A stretch of DNA of 63,867 nucleotides, filler included, from Thraustochytrium aureum (GCA_012862495.1; 5 parts of 5 records of this genome joined end to end with filler, not necessarily neighbours in it); one strand, 5' to 3'. Positions 11,998 through 23,019 are shown, counted from the whole stretch's first letter. Translations and numbers: made by a program. Notes: generated by a model from the sequence alone, not told the origin.

Positions 11998-12864
11998 CCC
12001 ATGTAGAGAACAAATGATTTTACAGCCTGCCGTACCTAGCGTGGCAGGCGGCCGGCCGCGCTGCTCTGCGCCGGAAAGGGCCGTGTCGCACAAACTCAGC
12101 TTGCAAATCCAATTTCGGTCGTTCATTGGGAGCCGGAGCAAACTGCTCGATGGGCCCCGAGCGCAGGACCCCGTCCCTGCCATCCTCTACCTCGCCCGCA
12201 CGGGGCAGGTTGGCCGCGCCGCGGCGATCCGCGAAGCTGGAGGAAGCAATAGACGCGCAGCTAACGTGTTGCTCGCCGGCGAGGCCTTTCTGCCTTTGTG
12301 ATCGAGGCCTCTGGTGGCCGGGGCACGCAGGCCTCGCCAGGATATCTCCAGATGCTCCATCCAGAAGAACCTTGAGGTTGCTCGGTGCAACTCGTTCGAT
12401 CTGCGTGTGATCGATCTCATCGACGTTTCGTGCGTCAACATTCGAAGGCCATCATCAATCATGCATGGATTTTGATTGAACAATCGTCACTGCATCGTCA
12501 GGCTCTCCGCCATCTCGAGACTTTGCTCGTCAGCCCGGTTCCTTCTTCGGGACTGGCCTGGGGCTCTTCAGCGCACGGCCTCCGTCGCGCGCAGAGATGT
12601 CGCGCCACAAGCGGCCTGCATGCCAAAGAGCATCTGTTCAGATTCTGAAGTCTGCTCCGTGAAATGTGTTGGTCCACCAAACACTCAAGGATCATTCAGG
12701 AACTCGGCACTGCAATTGGCGCCACCAGTCACTCTTTCCCGCCCTGCGCCAGCCGCGTGTCGGACGCGCAGCGGACGCGAGAGAGTCCGCGTGGGAGCGG
12801 GCGCCCGGCCAGCGCGGCGGAAGTACGTCGGGCTCGGTGCGAGGCTGTCGCGCGCGCTTGCGGA

Positions 12865-14413
12865 ATGGCGCTGAGGCTGGATGCGTCGAAATGGGCGGCC
12901 GTGATGTCGACCGCTGTGCGCGCTGGACGTGGCGCGACGCAGCCGTCGATGAAGCGGCCCAGAGCCGCCAGCGCCGCCGTGCGCGGGCTGAGCGGGGAGA
13001 GCGGCGCCGCCGCAGACGGCCTGGCGGAGCGGAGGAGGCGCATCAAGGAGGACAAGGCCCCGCTCCGCGCGTTTTTGCCCGTGCAGCTCAGGCACGGCTC
13101 GGCCCACGTGTCGAGCGCGATGCTCGAGCCGCTCGAGGGGAACACGCTGCCAGAGTCTGTCGAAGAGGCCAAGATGTGGGCCGCGGGGCGCAGCTATTTT
13201 GTGGAGACGCTGGGGTGCCAGATGAACTTCGCAGACAGCGAAATCGTCGGAGCCGTGCTCGAAGGCGTGGGCTATCATCCCGCCGCAACGATGGACGACT
13301 CTGACGTTGTCCTGCTCAATACATGCGCGATCCGCGAAAACGCCGAAGGAAAGGCGCTGCACCGCCTGCGCTCCCTGAAAAAGAACCGCCCCGCTGGCCA
13401 GCAAATCGGCGTTTTGGGCTGCATGGCCGAGCGCATGAAAGAGCGCCTTTTGGAGGAGGGCCTGGTCAACGTCGTGGCCGGGCCCGACGCGTACCGAGAT
13501 CTCCCGAGCCTGCTGAGCGTGGCGCGCGGCGACGAGCGGGCCATGAACGTGCAGCTGAGCATAGACGAGACGTACGCCGACGTCTCGCCGGTGCGCATGG
13601 GTGGGAGCTGGATGGCTTACATCTCCATTACTCGCGGCTGCAACAACATGTGCTCGTACTGCATCGTGCCGTTTACGCGGGGGCGGGAGCGAAGTCGGGA
13701 GGCGGCCTCCATCGTCAGCGAGGTGGAGCGCGTTTCGGCGGAGGGGGTCGTCAAGGAGGTCACCCTGCTGGGCCAAAATGTAACTCGTACCACGACCGGT
13801 CTGAGTCGGTGGAGAACCAGGAGAGCGACACGTACGCGATTGCGCCCGGTTTTCGCGACTTGTACCGCGCGCGACGCGGTGGGGGCGTTCGTTTGCCGAC
13901 CTCCTGGACCGCGTTGCGTCGGTGGACAAGTCGATCCGCATTCGCTTTACCTCGCCCCACCCGAAGGACTTTACCGATGATGTCCTGGAGGTGATTGCCA
14001 AGCATGACAACATCTGCAACTCGATCCACTTGCCCGCGCAGAGCGGGAGCAACACGGTGCTTGAGCGCATGCGGCGCGGCTACACGCGCGAGGCCTACCT
14101 TGACCTCGTGAGGCGCGCTCGGGCGATCGTGGGGAGCGACCTCGAGTTCACCAGTGACTTTATTTCCGGGTTTTGCGGCGAAACGGAGGAGGAGCACCAG
14201 AAGACCATTGAGCTTCTCGAGGAAGTGGACTACGCGCAGGCCTTTATGTTTGCGTACTCGGAGCGCGAGCGCACCCACGCATACCACAAGCTGGAGGACG
14301 ACGTGCCGCAGGACGTCAAGATGCGCCGGCTGGCCGAGGTGGTCTCCACTTTCCGCCGCATGGCGCGGGCGTCTGCTGAGCGCCAAGTGGGCGCGCGCCA
14401 CCGCATCCTGGTG
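12865..14413 (+). CDS. CDK5RAP1: tRNA methylthiotransferase CDK5RAP1/MiaB (radical SAM, probably mitochondrial). Frameshifts near 13781 and 13893; 3' end in gap
   Basis: ETLGCQMNFADSE, LLNTCAIRENAE, GVLGCMAER, radical SAM CNNMCSYC, LLGQNV(NSY), RIRFTSPHPKDF, HLPAQSGSNTVL.RMRRGY, SDFISGFCGETEEEH. R/A/S-rich N-terminal presequence. Confidence 0.93.
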
Positions 14414-15540
14414 NNNNNNNNNNNNNNNNNNNNNNNNNNNNNNNNNNNNNNNNNNNNNNNNNNNNNNNNNNNNNNNNNNNNNNNNNNNNNNNNNNNNNNN
14501 NNNNNNNNNNNNNNNNNNNNNNNNNNNNNNNNNNNNNNNNNNNNNNNNNNNNNNNNNNNNNNNNNNNNNNNNNNNNNNNNNNNNNNNNNNNNNNNNNNNN
14601 NNNNNNNNNNNNNNNNNNNNNNNNNNNNNNNNNNNNNNNNNNNNNNNNNNNNNNNNNNNNNNNNNNNNNNNNNNNNNNNNNNNNNNNNNNNNNNNNNNNN
14701 NNNNNNNNNNNNNNNNNNNNNNNNNNNNNNNNNNNNNNNNNNNNNNNNNNNNNNNNNNNNNNNNNNNNNNNNNNNNNNNNNNNNNNNNNNNNNNNNNNNN
14801 NNNNNNNNNNNNNNNNNNNNNNNNNNNNNNNNNNNNNNNNNNNNNNNNNNNNNNNNNNNNNNNNNNNNNNNNNNNNNNNNNNNNNNNNNNNNNNNNNNNN
14901 NNNNNNNNNNNNNNNNNNNNNNNNNNNNNNNNNNNNNNNNNNNNNNNNNNNNNNNNNNNNNNNNNNNNNNNNNNNNNNNNNNNNNNNNNNNNNNNNNNNN
15001 NNNNNNNNNNNNNNNNNNNNNNNNNNNNNNNNNNNNNNNNNNNNNNNNNNNNNNNNNNNNNNNNNNNNNNNNNNNNNNNNNNNNNNNNNNNNNNNNNNNN
15101 NNNNNNNNNNNNNNNNNNNNNNNNNNNNNNNNNNNNNNNNNNNNNNNNNNNNNNNNNNNNNNNNNNNNNNNNNNNNNNNNNNNNNNNNNNNNNNNNNNNN
15201 NNNNNNNNNNNNNNNNNNNNNNNNNNNNNNNNNNNNNNNNNNNNNNNNNNNNNNNNNNNNNNNNNNNNNNNNNNNNNNNNNNNNNNNNNNNNNNNNNNNN
15301 NNNNNNNNNNNNNNNNNNNNNNNNNNNNNNNNNNNNNNNNNNNNNNNNNNNNNNNNGACAAGCCGGAGAAGCGCAACAGACAAGCGCGAGGCGCTTCTCC
15401 GGCGGCAAGCAGGACGGCCGCGGGCGCACGGGCGCACGGGCGGCTGGGGGCGCTGTCTGCTCGCTTGGTTGGCCTGGTTGCTCGGCGTGTCGATCAACAA
15501 ACACAATACCTACGCGAACAAAGGAATGCTTCTTGATCAT

Positions 15541-15726
15541 TGCGAATGGAAAGGTGCGCGAACAACGGAAACTACCGCTAACAACGGAATGATCCGTTAG
15601 CGAAGGTACCAATGCGCGAACAACGGAATAGTCCGTTAGCGAACGGAAAGATGCGCTAACAGCGGAAGCTGCCGCTAACAACGGAATATTCCGTCAGCGG
15701 GTGGAAAGATGCGCGAACAACGGGAT
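15541..15726. repeat. Imperfect tandem array of AACAACGGAA units with internal palindromes (AACGGA-N4-TCCGTT)
   Basis: CAACGG at 15563, 15582, 15621, 15679, 15718 (and 15800); CCGTTA at 15594 and 15633; perfect palindrome ACGGAATATTCCGT at 15681-15694. Confidence 0.8.
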
Positions 15727-15935
15727 CAATCATCAAAAGCGTATAGATGCGATACCTACGTAAACCCAATCAACCAAAACGAATGGAAATACCCAGACAC
15801 AACGGAAAACATCCAGCGAGCAACAGAACAATTCACCTGCAGCCGATGCACGCACACCCCAGCGGAACAGAGTAAAGTTCATTCACAGAGAGAGAGCAGT
15901 CAACACAAGTCAGCAGTTCAGAAAAGAATTGTGCT

Positions 15936-15964
15936 GGTTAGGTTAGGTTAGGGCGTGGGTTAGG
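15936..15964. repeat. Short interstitial telomere-like (GGTTA)n tract
   Basis: ggttaggttaggttagggcgtgggttagg. Confidence 0.6.
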
Positions 15965-16062
15965 ATGGAGACGCACGAGCAGGCAGGCAACGAGGCAGGC
16001 AGGCAGGCAGCAGACGCCACCCGAGCAACCAGCGGAGAGGGCACCAGCCAGAGCAACAGAGC

Positions 16063-16148
16063 GAGCAGCAGCAGCAGCAGCAGCGGCGGCGGCGGAAGCG
16101 GTGGTGGCGGCGGCGGCGGCGGCGGTGGAAGGAGCAGCAGCGGCGGCG
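16063..16148. repeat. (AGC)n/(GGC)n trinucleotide microsatellite in the 5' region of the V-ATPase d gene
   Basis: Directly visible. Confidence 0.85.
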
Positions 16149-16198
16149 CGGGTTGTTGGCACGGGGCGAGCGGCGCGGAGGCGGCAGGCACCAGCACG

Positions 16199-17374
16199 AT
16201 GGTCACGCACGCGAAGCCCGGCGGGATGGCCACGTTCAATATTGCGGACGGGTTCGTGGAAGCGCTGCTGAGAGGGTTTCGCCTGGGGTTTCTGCAGGAT
16301 GCAGACTACAGGAGCATTCTTCAGTGCGAAAACCTCGCTGACGTACGGCTCAACCTGCAGGAGACCGACACGGAAGCTTTCTGCGGGACGTCGGCCAGGT
16401 CCTCCCCCTCGGTGGTGCGCGAGAAGGCGCTGGACAAGCTCGTGGTTGAGTTTGACTACCTCCGCTCGCAGGCCGAGCACCCGCTGTCCGACTTTCTGGA
16501 CTACATCACGTACGACTACATGATCGACAATGTGATGCTCATCCTCAAGGCCACGCTCAACAACCCGAACGTGGGCATCGATGACCTGATCAAGCAGGCC
16601 CACCCGCTGGGCAAGTTTGACAAGAGCACGTTGGTCAGCATCCGCGCCTTCCAAAACTCGCCCAAGGGGTACGAGGATCTCTACCAGTCGGTGCTCATCG
16701 ACACGCCGATCGGCAAGTACTTTCACACCTTCCTGCAGGAGGTGCTGCCCAAGATGGCCAACGCCGCCGAGCTCCAGAGCCTGCTCGAGGAGCTTCCCAC
16801 GACCAAGCTGGAAAACTCGCTCCGCAAGTTTTACCTCGAGGACTTTTCGCGCTTCTGCAACCACCTGGGCGGCGAGACTGCGACCATCATGATTGGGCTC
16901 ATCAAGGCCCGAGCCGACGCGGCCGCGATCAACATCACGCTCAACTCGTTCGGGACCCCGCTCAACGACCCCAACGTGCGTGTCGAGAAGCGCAAGCCCC
17001 TGTACCCGAGCATGGGCTACCTCTACCCGGAGGGCATCGACCGACTTGCGCACGTCAGCAACGAGACCGAGCTTGCCACCATCTTGCGCACGTACCCAGT
17101 CTACCGCTCCATCTTCGACAAGCACCAGCGCGGCGACAAGACCATCGACGACGCATTTTACGAGCGCGAGGTCGAGCTCAACGAGATGTCCTTCGAGGGT
17201 CAGTTCAACTATGCGTGCTTTTACTCGTACGTCCGCCTCAAGGAGCAGGAGATCCGCAACCTCGTCTGGATCTGCGAGTGCATTGTACAGCGTCAAAAGG
17301 ACCGCACTTCGGACCACTTTGTGCCCATCTTCTCGCGGGAGGCAGGTTTTCGCAACGGGGTTGGCAACGAGTAA
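16199..17374 (+). CDS. ATP6V0D: V-type proton ATPase V0 subunit d
   Basis: FNIADGFVEALLRG..., QCENLADVRLNLQETD, FLDYITYDYMIDNV, HPLGKF, ADAAAINITLNSFGT, FYEREVELN..SFEGQFNYACFYSYVRLKEQEIRNLVWICECI. ATG 16199 preferred over the upstream microsatellite-derived extension from 15965. Confidence 0.97.
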   Translation: MVTHAKPGGMATFNIADGFVEALLRGFRLGFLQDADYRSILQCENLADVRLNLQETDTEAFCGTSARSSPSVVREKALDKLVVEFDYLRSQAEHPLSDFLDYITYDYMIDNVMLILKATLNNPNVGIDDLIKQAHPLGKFDKSTLVSIRAFQNSPKGYEDLYQSVLIDTPIGKYFHTFLQEVLPKMANAAELQSLLEELPTTKLENSLRKFYLEDFSRFCNHLGGETATIMIGLIKARADAAAINITLNSFGTPLNDPNVRVEKRKPLYPSMGYLYPEGIDRLAHVSNETELATILRTYPVYRSIFDKHQRGDKTIDDAFYEREVELNEMSFEGQFNYACFYSYVRLKEQEIRNLVWICECIVQRQKDRTSDHFVPIFSREAGFRNGVGNE

Positions 17375-17699
17375 GCGCCCTTTCGCGCCGCTGGACGGCC
17401 TTGCAAGTCTTTCTTGATTTAATCAAGATTGAACTGAGCCATTGCTTGCCAGTAGGACTAGAATTCGTACCTTTCTCCTTTCTACGATTTCCCCATCTCC
17501 CGGTCGGCGTCTGCCCTGCGGCAGACCGAGCTGTTTCTCTCGCCCAAGGCGCCCGGTCAGGGCCCTGACAAGCTGCCACTGCCGAGTCGAGCGCCTCGGG
17601 GCCTGGTCCAGTGCAGGAGGCCGGGGTGTTGGGGAAGTGACCGAACGAAAAGATTGCGGCCGAGAGCCTTTGGCAATGGCTTTCCCCTCGCCAAGAGCG

Positions 17700-20396
17700 T
17701 CACAAGACCGCGCTTGCAAGCTGCGCAAGCTTCTTCTCGTACTGCTCCTTCTGCTCCTCGAGCATGGCCTCGAAACCAGCCGCCTGCGCCTTGAGCTCAT
17801 CCTGCAGCTCTTGGCAAAGCTGCCGCAAGACGGCCTGATCTGCAGTCGTGTTAGTCGGCGTAAAGGTGCTGAAAGCACGCCCCGAAGGAGAGGCGGGCGA
17901 GCTGCGCGACTCCCCGCTGTTGCTAACTCGCCTACCGCTCCGGACCTTGGCCTCTAATAGGCCGCGGTCAATCCGAGAAAACTCGCCCGAGTGTCCGCCA
18001 ATGTCAACCAAAACCTGGTTGTGGCCCTTTCTCCGCATGCCAGCTCCCAGCTCCTCAATCGTGTCGCGGCCGCGGTGCGGGCCCGCCGGCCCATCTGCAA
18101 TCCCGCTCAAGCCCTCCTCGTCCGTCGAGCCGTCGGCAATAGGATCGCCGCCCGTGTCAGGACTTGATCGGGCCGATTCCTCACCTCTAGTGTGGCAATC
18201 TGCTTCAGCTTGAGCGACGCGGCGCTTGCGATCGTCGGCCGCCAACGCGTTCATTGTCGAGCTTATTGCCACAAACGAAGGGCGTTCGCTGTGGTCCTCC
18301 GCCCAGCACTGTTCGATAAGCCGAACCACCTCTGGCTTGGCGACGCGGACACTCTCCGGGATGGACGGGCGGAAGCCCTGCTTGAACAGCTCGGCGAGGG
18401 GCAGCCGCTGCGCGTTGAAACTCTTGACGACGTACATGCCGTCGCCGATGAGCGCCTCGCAGAGCACGAGCGAGAAGGCAAACACGTCAGCCTTCTCGTT
18501 GTACTCTTTGCCAGAGTGCACTTCAGGAGGGAGCCACATCGGCGACCCGCGAGACGCCCCGTCAGCGAGCGCCGGGATCATTTCCGAGCCATCGCCGTCT
18601 TGGCGACGCGGCACCCGCAGCGAAACGCCGAAATCAGCCAACTTGGCCTCGAGGTGCTCGCCCACGAGAACGTTCGTTGGCTTGATGTCGTGGTGGATGA
18701 TCACGTCGTCCAGGTAGTGGTGGAGGTACGCCATCGCGCTGCAGAGCCCCAGCATCAGCTGCTCGCGCGCATTCTCCCAAGTCAGCTCGCAGTCCCCCAA
18801 AAGATCTTGCAAGTTGCCGTTTGGTGCGTACTCTGTCATCAAGCAGGCCGAGCCTTGCCGGATGCGCAGCGTCGCAGCGTACAAGTTGATGATGTTTGGG
18901 TGCGAGAGGCTTTGCATGATTTTGACCTCTTGGAGCAGGTTGTTGAGCACGTCTTCGCATGACTTGGCGCCCGCGAGTGCCGATGACTTGGGCGACTTTG
19001 GCTTGGCTCCAGACTTGTGCGACGCGAATTTGTCATACATCTGCGTGCTCTCGGGGCGGTCAAACATCTTGATAGCCACCGCACACCCCTTGAACCGGGC
19101 GCGAAAGACGTGCCCAAAGTTGCCTTGCCCAATAACCTCGACGAGGTCAACGTCGCCTTCCTTGACCTGACGGGCGCTCCCAAGAACGAGGCTGTGCATG
19201 CCCTCCTCTTGCTGCTCGCCGAGTGTTTTGGCGACAAGCTGGAGTTGCGGCACCACTATTTCCTGGTTCACGCTAACGGAGCTCCGCGCTTGCGACTTGG
19301 TCCCGGACTCTACTGCAGCGCCATAGTTTCCGCCGCGCATTGCCATCATGCTGTCGCGTGATTTCTTCTCGGTCAACACTACCACGAAGAAACGCCGATG
19401 GGCGAGGTCCTCTCGCCATTTGAGCCAGCACAACGTGCACCACATGGCGATCATCACGACAAGCACGTTGTACACGAAAACCCGCGAGGTGTTGAGGGTC
19501 AGCAGCTGCGAGGTAACGAGAATCGTGACGACGGCGCACACAGTAAATCCTGTGAGCGCGATCGCTGCGAGCGCCTCGAAAAACATAAACTTGAGAGCGA
19601 TCATTTGCACCCCACTTGCCAGCATCCCGAGCAGGCAAAACGCAAGCATTTCAACGTTCAGCTGCTGTCCTGCCAAGCTAGCCCGCAGCTGGACCTCGCT
19701 GAGAGGACTTTGCTTCGGGTCTCCGGGCAGACCTTTCGGCCCAACACCGTCAGAGCCCCAGCCGGGCAGTATGGTCATGTTGTTTCTGGCATTGAGCCAG
19801 TCCTGCCCGTTGGTCCAGTTGCTTGGCATGCTCCCGCCGTCTCCCAAGAGCTCTCGCACAGCCTCCTCCCCCCGATTCACAATGACGAGTCCGACTACGA
19901 GAATGTAGAGCGAGAAAAGCGGCGATGCCACCATGTTCCACAACCCCCCGCTCACGCTAGCCATCCTGGCGCAGAGCACAAACACGCAATACCACACTGG
20001 GAGGAAGAAAAGGTTCTTCCTAAACACGCCATTCAGGTTCAGGTCGACCAGGAGCTCGTTGAACGCGAGCAAGCAAAAGCAGGCGTAATAGGTAATCAGG
20101 ATCGCCCAGGCCACGGTGGTCACCAATCTATTCGGTGCGGCCGAGTCTCGGTATCTGGTCCTAAACCACTCGCGGTACTCCTGTTCTTTGTCGTGCGCGC
20201 GAAAGATCAACGTGAACGGCGAGATTTCTATCCCGCGTTTGGTGAACGAGCTATTCCACGATTCCACCGGAGATTCCACCGCAGATTTAACGCAGGGCGT
20301 GACCCCGCCTGGCGTCGCGTGGTTCGCGCTCCCCTGGGCAGCGTTCGGCGCAGAGGCGATGTCATGCACTTTGTTCGTGCCTCGCCCGCACCCCAT
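17700..20396 (-). CDS. Multi-pass (6TM) membrane protein kinase, TKL-like, with C-terminal coiled coil
   Basis: MGCG start and six hydrophobic segments. Kinase motifs IGQGNFGHV, VAIK, HHDIKPTNVL, ADFG, GSPMWLPPE, KADVFAF, CW.EDHSERPSF. Coiled-coil tail. Confidence 0.9.
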   Translation of the reverse strand: MGCGRGTNKVHDIASAPNAAQGSANHATPGGVTPCVKSAVESPVESWNSSFTKRGIEISPFTLIFRAHDKEQEYREWFRTRYRDSAAPNRLVTTVAWAILITYYACFCLLAFNELLVDLNLNGVFRKNLFFLPVWYCVFVLCARMASVSGGLWNMVASPLFSLYILVVGLVIVNRGEEAVRELLGDGGSMPSNWTNGQDWLNARNNMTILPGWGSDGVGPKGLPGDPKQSPLSEVQLRASLAGQQLNVEMLAFCLLGMLASGVQMIALKFMFFEALAAIALTGFTVCAVVTILVTSQLLTLNTSRVFVYNVLVVMIAMWCTLCWLKWREDLAHRRFFVVVLTEKKSRDSMMAMRGGNYGAAVESGTKSQARSSVSVNQEIVVPQLQLVAKTLGEQQEEGMHSLVLGSARQVKEGDVDLVEVIGQGNFGHVFRARFKGCAVAIKMFDRPESTQMYDKFASHKSGAKPKSPKSSALAGAKSCEDVLNNLLQEVKIMQSLSHPNIINLYAATLRIRQGSACLMTEYAPNGNLQDLLGDCELTWENAREQLMLGLCSAMAYLHHYLDDVIIHHDIKPTNVLVGEHLEAKLADFGVSLRVPRRQDGDGSEMIPALADGASRGSPMWLPPEVHSGKEYNEKADVFAFSLVLCEALIGDGMYVVKSFNAQRLPLAELFKQGFRPSIPESVRVAKPEVVRLIEQCWAEDHSERPSFVAISSTMNALAADDRKRRVAQAEADCHTRGEESARSSPDTGGDPIADGSTDEEGLSGIADGPAGPHRGRDTIEELGAGMRRKGHNQVLVDIGGHSGEFSRIDRGLLEAKVRSGRRVSNSGESRSSPASPSGRAFSTFTPTNTTADQAVLRQLCQELQDELKAQAAGFEAMLEEQKEQYEKKLAQLASAVL

Positions 20397-20649
20397 CTCG
20401 GCCACGCGGGGGGAGGCTCTCCAGGCGGCCAATCTCGGCCCGCCCGCTCCCAACGTGTCGCCAAGCGCAGCCGCCACGGCGGCCCACGCCACCGTCCTGT
20501 CTAGTCTTGCTCTTGAGCGCAGTTCCAGTCTCCTCGAATGCTGATCGTGACCACCCTGAGCCTTGCCCTTTTCGTGGCTGGCGAGTCAAACCTGGCACGA
20601 CCGTGCGTGCGCAGTTGGCAGCAGGCGGCACGCAGTGGCACAGAGACCA

Positions 20650-20849
20650 GCCGGCCGGCAGGCCAGCCGGCAGGCAGGCCAGCAGGCAGGCCAGCAGGCA
20701 GGCAGCACAGCGCGCTCCTTTGCTCGCCTCGCCTGCCACGTCCAGGGTCAACGCGCAGCCTCGCAAGACAAGACCACAGCAAGCACCTGTAATCCCCGTC
20801 CAACCAAAAGACCCCGACACAGCCACTCGCGCGCGGTACGCACGACCCA

Positions 20850-20880
<31 letters not shown>

Positions 20881-20913
20881 CGGCGCGCAGGCAGGCAGGC
20901 AGGCGGGCAGGCA
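20650..20913. repeat. (GGCA)n and (GCAC)n tetranucleotide microsatellites upstream of the kinase gene
   Basis: Directly visible, e.g. gcacgcacgcacgcacgcacgcacgcacgc and gcaggcaggcaggcagg. Confidence 0.85.
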
Positions 20914-21519
20914 GCGCAATGGGCTCTGTTCTCGCCAGCAGCGCTCCCCAACGGACATTTCGCTTTGGCAGCTCCTAAAGCACGCCGCCGCACTCCAAGG
21001 TTAACTCAATGTATTATCTGCACGTGTTCTTTAGGACGTGGCTTACCTCAAGTTGCCGTCTACCGGATAGTTGTCCACCTTTCTTTGTATCTTTCTTTTG
21101 ATTTTCAATAGTTTGAACAATCAAGAAACGTTCTTTCTTGATGAGGTGTCAACAGACTCGATCGATCGCCAGTGTAGCAGACGCGGGACGAGCGATGCGG
21201 TCGAAGCGANNNNNNNNNNNNNNNNNNNNNNNNNNNNNNNNNNNNNNNNNNNNNNNNNNNNNNNNNNNNNNNNNNNNNNNNNNNNNNNNNNNNNNNNNNN
21301 NNNNNNNNNNNNNNNNNNNNNNNNNNNNNNNNNNNNNNNNNNNNNNNNNNNNNNNNNNNNNNNNNNNNNNNNNNNNNNNNNNNNNNNNNNNNNNNNNNNN
21401 NNNNNNNNNNNNNNNNNNNNNNNNNNNNNNNNNNNNNNNNNNNNNNNNNNNNNNNNNNNNNNNNNNNNNNNNNNNNNNNNNNNNNNNNNNNNNNNNNNNN
21501 NNNNNNNNNNNNNNNNNNN

Positions 21520-22749
21520 CTTGGGAGGGGCGCTGGCAGAGACGGGCTCGAGCTCGATAGGCGGCAGGCGGGCGCGCTCACGTTTGCAGAGGTGTACAAG
21601 GTCGCAGCTGCGTGGGGCGAGGTGCAGCGCCCGCGACGCTTGGCAAGCCCGTCGAGCGTTTGCGATGACCTTGGCGTTGCTGACGGTGCGACGCCACTGT
21701 CCTCGTATGCCAACCAAGACGGCACGTACTGGTTCGCCAGCGCGTCGATCCCCGCATCGCTGTCAACGTCCTGCCCGATCACTCACAAGCGGAGGTACAG
21801 CATGGCTGCGGCCGTTGCTGGGCGCAACGTGCTTGTTCATCGGGTGCGAGGCTCGCGCGGATTCACTTGCACTCGCGCGCCCGTCGTGTATTTCGAGGTT
21901 GAAATTTGTGCGCCGCAGCCGGCGCCGATCGTCGGATCTGGCATTGGTCTGGGGTTTTCCGCGGCTCAGCGCCGTCGGGTCTCCGTGCCGTTTGAAAGTG
22001 GCTTGCTGACATGGCGCCTGGAAGGCGGCGCTGTCCTGCTGTGCAGCGATGGCAGGACGGTTCCAACGAGCCGACCCGATCTGTCCTTGGGCCCAGGTGA
22101 CGTTCTTGGGGTTGGCTTCGTCATAAGGCATGTTTCGGGTTCGGATTTCGCGACGCGCCTTGTCCGGGCAGCGGCTGGGCGAGGCCCAGACACGCCTCTG
22201 GGCAAGCTTGTCGAGATCTGCGACGTGCAAAAGGCACGGGAGACCGAGCTTTCGAGTTCTGCGCCTGCGACTGCATTTTGCGCAGCCGCCGAAGCTGGTG
22301 TGGTGACTAGAGCAAGGGCGTCTGGTTTGGCCTTTGCAAGCGAGTTCCAGCCGGCAAACGCACACTTTCGCGCTCTCGATGCGACCCACAGCGCAGGCGA
22401 CGGGGAAGGCAGCACGCGAAACTCGGTGCAGAGCGGCGAGTCTTTGGAAGACGAAAGCTGGTCCGAAACAGAGATGCACGCGGAAGCGTCCTCCTCGTCA
22501 GAAGACGAGGCGGAGGTTCTGGAACCGAGGGATTCGAGCCGGATTTGCCGATGGGCTGTGACTTCGTTCTTGACGAAGAACGGGGAAATTGCGAGCACAT
22601 CAGCCCCAATTGAGCTCACAGGCGCCCGCTGGGTCTCTGTGTCGCCCCAAATCAGCTTGGGCAGCAGCTGTCTGGTTCGGTTCCAGTTGGATACCTTTGC
22701 ATTCGATCTCAGCGCTCAAATGAAAGCGCTTCGAGCGCTCTCGAGCTAG
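21520..22749 (+). CDS. SPRY/B30.2-domain protein (5' end in gap)
   Basis: SPRY-like strands VVYFEVEI, SGIGLGF, LGPGDVLGVGF, SFLTKNGE, SPQISLG..VRF...FAFDL, with a long acidic insert. Confidence 0.7.
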   Translation, partial: LGRGAGRDGLELDRRQAGALTFAEVYKVAAAWGEVQRPRRLASPSSVCDDLGVADGATPLSSYANQDGTYWFASASIPASLSTSCPITHKRRYSMAAAVAGRNVLVHRVRGSRGFTCTRAPVVYFEVEICAPQPAPIVGSGIGLGFSAAQRRRVSVPFESGLLTWRLEGGAVLLCSDGRTVPTSRPDLSLGPGDVLGVGFVIRHVSGSDFATRLVRAAAGRGPDTPLGKLVEICDVQKARETELSSSAPATAFCAAAEAGVVTRARASGLAFASEFQPANAHFRALDATHSAGDGEGSTRNSVQSGESLEDESWSETEMHAEASSSSEDEAEVLEPRDSSRICRWAVTSFLTKNGEIASTSAPIELTGARWVSVSPQISLGSSCLVRFQLDTFAFDLSAQMKALRALSS

Positions 22750-23019
22750 CTAGTAGTAGCTCCAAGGACAGGCGAGCTCTCTCTCATCTACGCGAGCGGA
22801 GCGAGAGCGAGCGACACCGCATTGCGCTACCGCAGTGGTGTGGATGTAGGCGGTTGACACACTGTGCGAGTAGTTTATCGTTTGTATTTTATATAATATA
22901 AAACGCGCGCACGTGGCACAAGCCCGTACGGGCGCCTGACACGTGCGCGCGCCTGAGAGCGACACGCCCGCCCCAAACTGCCGCACCGCGACTCGCCGAC
23001 ACAGCAACTGTGGGCGGGC

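Noticed and set aside
12000..12860. Hidden minus-strand gene between POLLUX and CDK5RAP1
   Set aside because: Only short disjoint frames with no recognisable motif; cannot be supported
13770..13900. Programmed ribosomal frameshifting or a pseudogene in CDK5RAP1
   Set aside because: Single missing bases in A and T runs match the window-wide homopolymer error pattern; catalytic motifs are intact
15541..15726. CRISPR-like array (palindromic repeats)
   Set aside because: Units are degenerate and contiguous with no unique constant-length spacers; no cas genes; eukaryotic context
15936..15964. True chromosome end
   Set aside because: Only three to four TTAGG units, internal and directly upstream of a housekeeping gene
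15965..16198. Ser/Gly-rich N-terminal extension of V-ATPase d
   Set aside because: Translated microsatellite; conservation starts near ATG 16199/16226
15938..17317. Long antisense ORFs over real genes (also 7946-9919, 12685-14070, 42873-45131 and others)
   Set aside because: Shadow ORFs expected from high GC3 codon bias; no motifs of their own
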